From: Rhizophagus irregularis
Taxonomy: Eukaryota
Assembly (NCBI RefSeq): GCF_026210795.1
Contig: NC_089432.1
Coordinates: forward strand, 2,666,001-2,730,000
Direction of reading: 5' to 3'
DNA: 64,000 nt
The notes under the pieces were generated by a model. The model had not been told where the DNA came from, made no database searches, and saw nothing but the letters and a program-made list of their open reading frames with translations. The translations under genes and the position numbers were made by a program. This document shows positions 38,111 to 48,658 of the stretch, piece by piece. Each line of letters opens with the position of its first letter. The first letter of the stretch is position 1.

Positions 38111-40531
38111 TAACAAAACGATTTTTCTTATCAATATAATATATTCCACCTGTTGGTTGATTTTTTTGAATAACATATTTACGATGATATATAGGATATA
38201 TCATATTGTCAAAAATATCTTTAGTTGGCCTATCAAAATATTTATCAATTGCATCATCCCAGTATGGAGATAATTGTTCTTCTTGTTGTAATAAATAGGG
38301 TGGTTTAACTGATTTATTTCTTATTTCAGAAGGAATAGATGGAAGAAATTCAACAGCAATTGATGATCGACATATTGAATATCCAAGTAAAAGAATCATT
38401 AATTCCATTGATCCAAGACGTCTAGCTAAAACATGTTTTCTAAATGCATCAGGTTCACGAATATCAAAATATTCTGTAGGTTCAGACTTTGTAACATATT
38501 TTGTCATATATTTTGCAAACTGACATGTTGTTACATATTGAAAATTTACATGGCCATTCCATAAAAGTAATGTTGGTGCGTGGTAAGGAACTACATATAA
38601 ATCTTCTTCTTTAGTACGTCGATAAATATATCTTAAAGAATTGGGATCTTCATAAGTGGTATTTGAATAAGGTTGTGGAAAACCTTTTTTACAGCGTGAT
38701 CCAGGTAGTGCAGGACCTCCACAATGTGAATTACATGTATGAATTTGATGCTTTTTAACTAATTCATATAATTCTGGTTCTAAATCAGGATCAGGCATAT
38801 CAGCTCTAATAACATTAGAATCAATTAATTCTGGAATTGACTTGGACAAATATGCAATACCATGTGTATGAATTGCTCCACGATTCTGAAATTCATCTCG
38901 TTCAAAATGATGTAACCAATTACCCCAATCTGTTAAATTTGGATTTTTCCAAAGATATTGATGTATTGATGATAAACGATGATGATAATGCAAGTAAGTA
39001 TGAAAAGGTCTATTGGAAGGTAAAGTATCTTTATTATCAGTTTTTGATAAGATTTTATGTAAATGTGTCCAATGATTTTCAGCCATTGTTACAGTATAAA
39101 AAATTTGAGGAAGACCAAATCCTTGAACCATTGTATTAATATGATATTCTTTTTGACGAAAATAAGAATCTCCTGTTCTTATATATGAAGGCACAGTTGT
39201 TGTTTTTGTTTCATCAATAATAGGACGACCAGTATAAACACTATTAGTAATAAAATCTGCAGTTGTTAATTGATGTGATAAAGAAATATTTCGTTGATTT
39301 AATATTCGAGTTTATTTTGATGATTTCTTAACTTTTCAAGTGTTAAATAAATATAATGGGGCCAATACCAAGATAAGCGCCATCTAGGATCAGGACAAAG
39401 GAGCAAAGATTTTGCATAATTACCTAAGCTATCTATATTTCGCCTTGTATTTTCATCATTTTTATAAAAACCTTTTCCATATGGAAAAAGATCAGGAAAT
39501 AAAAGTGGTTCAATATTTTCATCGTAAAATGATATTGGCAATTTTTTATTATTAGGATCAGTTAAGAATCCAGCCATTAATCGAGAATAATGATAATCTT
39601 CATTATGAATTTCTGTATCAAAATCATAAGGAGGTAATACAATTGCAGAAGGACGTGAATTAATATTAAATATGGGTTGTTCTTGGTCTTGAGAAAGTTC
39701 ACTAGATGTGGCAGTTGGAAAAATAACTGGTGGTCCATCCCATGTACCATGATTGACTAAAGTTTGATATGGTTTAAAATAGGGATTGTGATTACGTAAC
39801 CATATTGCTGCATCATTAAGTGAAGGATGATACCATGAATTTGAATTATTATTACTTAATATAGCACCAATAGTACCAGAATATAATGCAAGGGCATTAC
39901 TATTTTTTGAATAATTAAAGGTTCCAGTTAAATGTCGATAATTTGTATAAGCATTACTGTTAGGAACTCAACCTAGTGAACAACTGAGATGAATAGGTGA
40001 AAGGTAAATTCGATGATACAGGGATACATTTTGAATTTCATCAGGAATAGGATCAGGAATTGGAATTTTAAGACGATTATTAGAATTATAGCAAGAAGAA
40101 CATGTTGCTATACGTTTGGGCTTTGATTCATCAGGATGAAATACTAATTTAATTTGGGAATTGTTTTGGTAAACTTTTTCTAAGGGATATTGATATGTTT
40201 CATTATATAATTCCCATTTTGCTTTTTTTGGATATTGTAAACGAGAACAATAGCTGCATGGAACACATGGAAATTGAGTAAGAACATTTTTATCAAAATT
40301 AATTTTTAAATTATTGAGTTTTGTAGAAGGTCTCCAAGGTGGAAAATAAGCTCGAAAAGTTATATTTGAAGGAGATGAAGAGAATTGAGTTGGAATACGA
40401 GAATGGTCTGCATTAGCAGTTTGACGTACTGCAAAGCTTGAAAATAAAGAATTATCAAAATCTTCATTCAAATAAGATTCAGATTCATGATCAGATAATT
40501 CAACTCTCTAACGATTAATATTTAAATCCAT
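38111..40531 (-). pseudogene. Helitron RepHel 5' part: Zn-finger-like region + HUH Rep endonuclease
   Basis: CxxC pairs (CVPCSYC, CSSC), EPLLFPDLFPYG, FYTVT (motif 1), EFQNRGAIHTHG (HUH motif 2) and KYMTKYVTK (motif 3). Stops near 40510 and 39968, frameshift near 39310. Confidence 0.9.
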
Positions 40532-40814
40532 AGTTTAAAACAGATATATACTTCTAAATAGTTATCAGTATTATTAAAAAAAAGAAAGTAAAAGTGAGAC
40601 TATTTATACTGTTTAAAATCTTATACCTTGCTATTTGATTTTAATATAATTTAACTGTGACATACATTGTTTTCTATTTTGTGGCGCATACTATTTTTAT
40701 CTGTATTGTATATTATTTTATTCTATTTCGCTAAAATCCATCCCACCAAAGCCATTTTACTAAAAGTTTGTGGCGCATACTATTTTTATCTGTATTGTAT
40801 ATTATTTTATAATG

Positions 40815-41500
40815 GTATCGGAACTTTCCACTGATATCCATTTCGCTAAAATCCATCCCACCAAAACCATTTTACTAAAAGGTTGTTTCGCCAAAGGAAT
40901 ACTTTGCCGAAGGGATGCTTCACCAAAATATCATTTTACCGAAACCAATTTCACCAACTTCTATTTTGCTGAAGCCATTTTACCAAATGAACATTTCACT
41001 GAATGTTCGCCAAAAAATTATTTATTCTATTTGGTTATTTTATTATTTGTACTAAAATAGTATATAAGAATTTTCTCTAGAGAAAAATTTTTTAAATTAA
41101 ACATTGTTTATAATACATCAATCTTTTTTTACTTAATTTTTCGTGAATAAATGTTTTCAGGATCTAAAGTTATTTTTTATTGCTTAGAAATTAATATCAG
41201 TTACAATATTAAAGTTATAATATCCTGGAAAAAAAAAATCTCTAAAAATAATTTATTTTTTTATTTTCATTGCGCGATGAATATTTCTCAATTTTTTTTT
41301 GTTGTTTTTTTTTGTTTATTTTTTTTTTTGTTTATTTTTTTTTTTTGTTTATTTTTTTTTTGTTTATTTTTTTTTTGTTTATTTTTTTTTTGTTTATTTT
41401 TTTTTTTGTTTTATTTTATTTTTTTTTGTTTATTTTTTTTTTTGTTTATTTTTTTTTGTTTAATTGCTACCATTTTCGGCGAAATGGAATTCGGCGAAAT
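40815..41500. repeat. Degenerate 15-bp CATTTCGCCGAA-type array, (TTTTTTTTTGTTTA)n tract and inverted TTCGGCGAAAT copies
   Basis: Motif spaced at ~15 bp over 40840-41010. T-rich microsatellite at 41290-41460. Reverse-complement motifs at 41476-41500. Confidence 0.6.
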
Positions 41501-41919
41501 AGCTAACTAATTTTATTCATGGCGTATAACATTATTTCTAATTTTGTTCATGGCGTATAGTAAACATTATTTTCTAATGTTGTTCATGGCGTATATCATA
41601 ACCAATTTTGTTTGTGGCGTATATCATTTTGTTCATGGCGTATATGACTAAAATTGCCTACCGAAACAATGTCAAAATGTCATTCCGAACGCCAAAATAG
41701 TTTTGGCAGTAATATTATTTCAAATTTATAAGAAACGTTTCTAATTAACTAAAAGTAAAAATAATCAGTTTCACAATAAGTGAAACTTACCATTTTCATT
41801 TTCATGTTCGCTTGAAACCTATAATATATTTTTAATTAGAAATGTTTAAAAAAATATATTAAGTTTTGCAACACAACTTTTGCGAAACTTACTATTTAAA
41901 TTTGCAAAAATCCAGTTAT

Positions 41920-42300
41920 TAAGAAAAGTTCGAGCGAACTTTTCTTGGATCACATGAATTGTATGTTATATTATTTTAAGAAAAGTTCGAGCGAACTTTT
42001 CTTAGATCACATGAATTGTATTAAAGTGAACTAAAAGACCCGCCTAAAAAAAGACAACAAACTTGTATATTTTTACTGTATTGTATATTTTTACTTATAT
42101 TTTTTTTAATTTTTTTTTAACTTTTCTTGGATCATATGAATTGTATGTTATATTATTTTAAGAAAAGTTTGAGCGAACTTTTCTTAGATCACATGAATTG
42201 TATTAAAGTGAACTAAAAGACCCGCCTAAAAAAAGACAACAAACTTGTATATTTTTACTGTATTGTATATTTTTACTTATATTTTTTTTAATTTTTTTTT
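41920..42300 (+). repeat. ~180-bp direct duplication
   Basis: CTTTTCTTGGATCACATGAATTG...GACCCGCCTAAAAAAAGACAACAAACTTG occurs twice (~41939 and 42121). Confidence 0.8.
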
Positions 42301-42517
42301 AATTTTTTTTTATTATTCCACATATATATTTTTATTATTGTAGAAGAAATTGAAAAAGCAAAAAAAATATGAATTGAATGATGTAAAAAGTATATAGGAA
42401 CGTAATGACTGCAAAAATAAAACAAAAAAAAATTTTTAAACGAAAAAAAAAAATTCAAGAAATTTTTCGACAGCAAAAAAATTTGAATGGAAAAATTTAA
42501 GTTCTAAATTTCAAAAT

Positions 42518-43569
42518 TTACTTTTTTGCACGACCTCCACGTTTCCCACGACCTCCACGCTTGCCACTACCTCCTTTTTCACTATATGGCTGGTTTTCTT
42601 CAATAGGTTTGCTGGCAGATAGATCAGATTCATCATCTGTTAAACATAGATCCGATAGTTGTCGCTTTTTTTTAGGTGATTTATCATTTACAATACTAAT
42701 CGGATCTTCTTCAGTATCGCTCTCATTTTGCGTATCTTCTATTGTAATGATTGAATCGTTCTTTGTAATAGAAGATTCAGAGGAAAATCTGTTCCTTCTT
42801 TGCGCAAATATGTTAGTTGATGGTGACGCCACTGGGGACGATGAAGGACGATTGTCAGAACTTGGGTGTCGGAATCTTGCATCGTAATCTATAATCTTTG
42901 CATCAATCTGAGCATATGTGGCAGTTGATGCATTCTCGACGGTAGAATACATGCCTTCAAAGAAACCGGCAACAAAAAAATTGGCGTAAGATGCCCATTT
43001 ATCATTTAAATAGTCGAACTATTTGGCATCTTTCAGATACCCAACCTCAAAATTAATATATCGTGCTTCTTTATGAAAGGGCGTATATATGAGTGAACGG
43101 GTTTTGACAAACTTTATATTATTGAAAATAGTCACCAGCTCGTATGCTGAGGTTGCGATCCTTATAAACGGCTTTGTAGCTGGGATTTTTAATGGATCCC
43201 ATTCTAGAGGTTCATTATCTCGACCCAACTTCGGTTCGATCACATTGGCCATCTCTATAACGACCTATTTTATACGAAAAAAAATAAATATGAAAATATA
43301 ATACAATAATTTTGTTACAATTATTATTACATAAAACCAATACTTACGAGTAGTTTTTGGTCATCAATCGTGAATTTACCTCCGAACAACACAAGATCAC
43401 CCTCTCTGAATGATTCGTTATATTCATGCATTGCGTTGGTGAACTGCTTGAAACCGAAAACGATATTATCGTTAGATACTTTCTCTCTGTAAACAGCCTC
43501 TCCATATATAATTTGTGATGAAGACTTTAATCTCGTTACAAGACCAATAACTGTTAGCGTAGAAGTCAT
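42518..43569 (-). pseudogene. Putative tandem OB-fold (ssDNA-binding-like) accessory gene upstream of RepHel; 2 exons, one in-frame stop
   Basis: ATG 43569 MTSTLTVIGLV...FREGDLVLFGGKFTIDD. Intron 43347-43265 (GTAAGT..AG). TAG at ~43019. C-terminal S/D-rich region and GKRGGR repeats. The fold is inferred. Confidence 0.55.
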
Positions 43570-43679
43570 ATTAGAAAAAAAAACTTTAGCAAAAAAGTGA
43601 AAATTCGAAAAACGCAAAAAAGGAGTTAAAAGATGCGAAAAAAAGAGATTCGTTAAATATCTATAAATACGAATGGCTA

Positions 43680-43805
43680 CGGAATGTTCCCAACATCTAT
43701 TTTCCCGATGTAACCTTTTCCCGATAACGGTTTCCCAACAAGACAAATTCCTGAATGGACATTTTCCCGAAAAGAACTTTTCCGACATGATATTTTCCCG
43801 ACATG
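43680..43805 (+). repeat. 15-bp period TTTTCCCGA array upstream of the putative OB-fold gene
   Basis: About 8 copies of TTTCCC(G/A)A at 15-bp spacing. Confidence 0.65.
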
Positions 43806-46800
43806 TCAATTTCTGAAATCAGATTACGTAAATGATTTTTACCGCGAAAAATTAAAATAAATTTTTATATAATAAAAATAAATTTTTTTATATAATAAAT
43901 AAATTAATGATCTTTTGAAAACCAATTCTTTATGGAATTTTACAGCTTAAAATTTCATAATATTAATTTTCCAAAATTACATAAACATCACAGTAGTGTG
44001 GTAAGATTATCTCACTATGCATAAGCTAATCATATGATTATCTAAGATTGTTAAAATTTTTTATTAATTATTTATTATTAAGTTATTCTAATAATACACA
44101 GTATACAAAAGAACTAAAGTATGTTATTATATTTTTTATTTGTTATAAAAAAATTGCCCATTTTTTATTTTTTATTTTTATTAATAGAAAATCCAGATCG
44201 TAGTAAAATTACAAGGATAACATAATAAATGAATCGAAAGTAATTCTATCACTAACGCCCAAAAGTGCGACGTTTTCTAGCCTTTTTAGGATAAGAAAGG
44301 AATAAAAAAATTGCCCATTAATTATTCTTAATGTGATATCCTTTTTAAAGATATATCATCTTTCTGACTTTTGACCGGATCACTGTAAAAAAAAAAATTA
44401 ATATAGTTTTTTTTTAATGAAGTTTAAAGATTTTGAAAACTTACCATTATGAAATCAAAGCTAAAAGAAAAAAAGAAAAAAATGAAGCATTAATTAAATG
44501 TTTCGTTAAATTCATTAAAATCAAAAAAAGAAAAATGAATAAGAAAAACTTACTGCCAAAGCCGTCTTAAATCCACAATTACAAAAGTAAAAAAAACAAA
44601 GGAAAAGATAATATATATTTCGTTTCATTAAAGATAAGAAATATAAATTAAGAAGAATGGACCACTTATCATAACTTGACGTCCTACCAGATGTTAAACT
44701 ACAAGAGTAGAAGAATAAAATATTATTAAATATTCTGTTTTGTTAAAAATAAAAAATAAATAAAAGAAGATTTAAACATCTACCAAAACCCTATATCCGT
44801 AACAAAAGCTACAAAAGAAAAAATCGAACTGTTAGAAACAGTTCGTCACACTGAAGCTTTCACTTATCCAAAGGCTCAGAATGTTTTCATCGAATTTCGC
44901 GTCCAAAAAGTTGAGGAATAGCCCGTCTAAAGAAGAAAAAAAAAGAAATTAATAGCTTTTTTTTGAAAGACGTGAGTCATCCAACCTTCAACTTACCGTT
45001 TCAGAGTTTCAGACCAAAATCCAAGTTCAACTAAAGAAAAAAAAAGAAAGGACCGTTGATAACATACTCATAATAAAAAAACCACGAATCCACTTTTTCA
45101 ACTTACCATTCCAGAATTTTTGGCTGAAATTTGAGTCCAGGCGAAAAAAATATATATTTTTTTTTAAATTAAAAAACTGATAAAAAATTATTTGGTTAAA
45201 AAAGATTTTCTTTTTAAATAATTCAGAAAATAATTTTTAAAAAAATATTTAGTTTAAAAAAAACCGAAGATAATGTCTTTTTTTAATTAATAAAAATAAT
45301 TTTTTTTATTTGTTATATCGATGGTGTAAACGGTCGAATATCAAGCACGAAAAGATGATAAAATTCAACCACCAAATGTAATTATTAAATATTAAGAACG
45401 AACAAATTAATCGTGGATTGGCGTAGATGGATAAATAATTAGCCGAAAAGGATAAACATTTAGGAAGAGTAATGATCTACATGATGTAATATTTATTGAA
45501 TGATTGACAAGGAACCAATAGGATAAATAGAGTCGATCAAATGCGGCTTAGCAATCTTTAACAATAAGAACGATAAGAAAGAATAATTATAAGCCACAAA
45601 AGATAGATTATAAGCAAAACACATAAAGCGAATTAAAAGAACATATAAAATAATGTCAGAAAGATTAAAGAACACAAAATAATGTAAAAGATAATATAAA
45701 AAGATAGTATAAAGATGGAACGTAAAAGATAATATATTAAAAAGAACATATATAAAAAGATAGCATATTAAAAGATAGCGTATTTAAAATATAGATAGTA
45801 TATTAGAAAGATAGTTCAAAGATAATATGTAAAAAGAACATAAAAGATAGTATATAGATAGAATAGAAAGTAGCATAAAAATTGTATATATAGAGAGCGG
45901 AATTCAAGGTAATTCCTTAGTTCTCATCCACAGAACTCAATAAAAATATAAGTTTTATTTTTTAATTATTTGTTAGTAAAGTTTAATGTTAATTAAAGGT
46001 AATAGGTTCGCCCTAAACTTTAATTAATGTTTGCTTAATTAATTTTAATTGAATAAATGGAAATTTTAAGATGAATTAAATATACATTTTTGGAAAGTAA
46101 TAATTCGTAGCGAGAGCTATCGAAGTTTGAAATTAAAGGTAAAAGTGGATATAATTTGGGGAAAATTTAGAGAAGTTAAATTTTATTTTATATCGTTCGA
46201 CATTTTATATTACTAACGCTATTTATGTCGTGAACCAAGAATGTTGTATGTTGTTCGTTGATTATGTTGTTTGTTAATTATGTTGTTGATTAATTGCTTG
46301 TTCGTTTAATTGTTCGTTCATTCGTTTATTCGTTCGTTCGACCATGGAAATGCCCGTTCGATGTGGCAACTCTGTAAATTGATGACAGAGGGAATTGGGG
46401 GATCTCAACGGATCGAAAAGTCATATGATCTATGTTGAAATCGTAGTTATTTTCGTAAACAGAAAACTTGTAAGTCGAAATCTAACAAAGGTCGCGAGAA
46501 AATCACCTTGATTTTATAAAGTTCTAATGTTATTATGAATTCTTTAATTTCTCATCTGATTAGCTTGATAAATAAATTATCGGTTAATCAGTTATTTTTT
46601 CTTGTAGAAAGTTACTGTCAAGTTCTAGACTTCTTAGCTTATAATTCCTCTGCAAAAAAAAAACTTTCTGGTTTCCATTCTTACAGCCTGTCAGCAGTAG
46701 TTTCCGCTTTGGTAGAGGACATCTTGCTTTCCTAAATACGGGACTATAGTGAGAAAATACTTCGCTGCTCACATGTATGCCCAATTTTACAATATATACA

Positions 46801-48658
46801 AAAGTTTGGGGAAATGTTGGCTGAATCTATATATTCTCACACTTTATATCTTACTGAAAAAGAAGGAAATGAGATATAATGTAATTAATATTTATTGTTT
46901 GATGCCAAGAAATCTTTGAAAGCACATGAATATGGACCTTTTATACCTTTTCACATGGGATCTACCCTGTAAGACGCAAATTGGACTAACTCCGCCTGGC
47001 GATCTTGAGAAGTCCTCGGCCCTTCATAACATACACTTTTGACACTTATAAGGTAGGCCCTGTGTTGCTGTGGACCTTTTCACATTATTCTTACATTAGG
47101 TTGGGAAAAAAAAGGTACTGGTTAACTTGAATTTTCTTTTTGTCCTGGTGATTTATTTATTTTTTGTCGTACAAAAAGTACATGCATGTGGCTCAGCAAT
47201 TTTTTATTTTCATGTGTTTGTCATGTGTGACATAAATACGGATTCTCGTTAGAATCATCCTATGCTAGGTATATATTCAGTTAGCAAGTATGACATAGTA
47301 AATCATTTTATTTAGCATTATGATAAGGATATAAAAAAAGCCGAAAATTAATTTAATTTTGTCAATAAAATGAAATCACAGTATGATTTTTTTAATAAAG
47401 TTTATATGAGTTATTATAAAAATGGCTGAAACCGTGCATTTCGGTCAATTTTTTATTAAAAACGAAAATTTTTTTTTTCAATAAAATTTTTTTTCAATAA
47501 AAAAAAATAAAATCGAAATTAATAATTCTTATTTTGATCGACAAAATAAGTAAAAAATATATGAATATGAAATGATCCATATATTTAATGGTTATATTTG
47601 ATGGCACAGGAAGAAGTTTTGCAAAAAATTGGGTAATGAATTGCATTCAAATCTGTTTAGCTTAAGCTTAAGCATAGCTATAGCTAAGCTAAGCTTTAAA
47701 GTTAAAGTTAAAGCTTTGCTTTACTTAAAAATTAACTGGAGTGTTTTTTACGAAAAAGGAAATTTTTTTGGTATCGACGGCAACTCAACATGTGAATGAT
47801 TATCAAACAAAGAATAGATTTTCATTAGAGATTTTCAAAGAGATATAAACAAAAAGGCTAAATGATCTACATAAAAATTTCCAAATACAATAAAAATACG
47901 GCATTAAATCTTTATAGTGTGTTAACAAGCAATGTATATTCCAGATAAAATTAAAAGTAAAGGATTATTAATATCATAGAAAGATGTGGGCTCATTTTTG
48001 TAACATATATGTATAAAAGAAATCTGAGATAATCAAACTTCGTTTATAATTTATAAGCCTATTAAAATTATATATATAATATTTTTTTGTCAATCATAAG
48101 AGACAAACACAGTCATACTATATGTTCTGACAGCATATTAAATTTGTAAAAGTCATGAAATATTCATAAAAATAGCCTCCAATTTTATGTAGTCGCTACA
48201 ACCTTCTCAGAAATAGTAAATTTGTCAGAAAATTTGGGTGAATCTTTACCGCTATGAAATTTAAGAAATCCAATAAATCACGTTAATTTCCCGTGATATT
48301 GTGATTTAATAATTACATTCTCTTTTAAGCTTTGTTGAAGAATTTTGAAAAAAAAAATATTATTACGAATAAAATTACTTTGGAATGTTACCCTAGCAAA
48401 AATTTTGTGAAACTTTTTTTTATTCAGAAGGAATTATTGAATTTAATAATTTTAATTATGATATTCCTAAATCCTAAGTGCTATTTCAAATCTTATGTTG
48501 ATCTTTTCAGCTGCGGTCCTGCATGCTGAAGATCAGCAAACTTTCGACATGGAAATGTCTGGTGATACCATTTTATTTATAAATGGTTAAACAAGAATAT
48601 TCGTAATTTTTTTTTTCCAATTTTAAAATTAACTTCCGCAGTAAGAATTTTTTCAACA

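Larger units (their letters stand above)
32729..43569 (-). mobile_element. Decayed autonomous Helitron (RepHel + upstream putative OB-fold gene); true ends not resolved and may extend beyond these coordinates
   Basis: HUH Rep motifs and a PIF1 helicase lie in one reconstructable reading frame, with a co-oriented accessory gene and internal tandem repeats. Confidence 0.85.

Noticed and set aside
41151..41510. Poly-Phe ORFs
   Set aside because: Translation of a T-rich microsatellite.
46980..47080. CGCCTGGCG hairpin / GGACCT as the distal end of the outer Helitron
   Set aside because: No convincing TC/CTRR terminus, and only a 6-bp match to the 31593 region. The boundary is left unresolved.
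47655..47720. AGCTTA/AGCTA palindromic cluster
   Set aside because: Short low-complexity hexamer repeat with no TSD or partner end identified.
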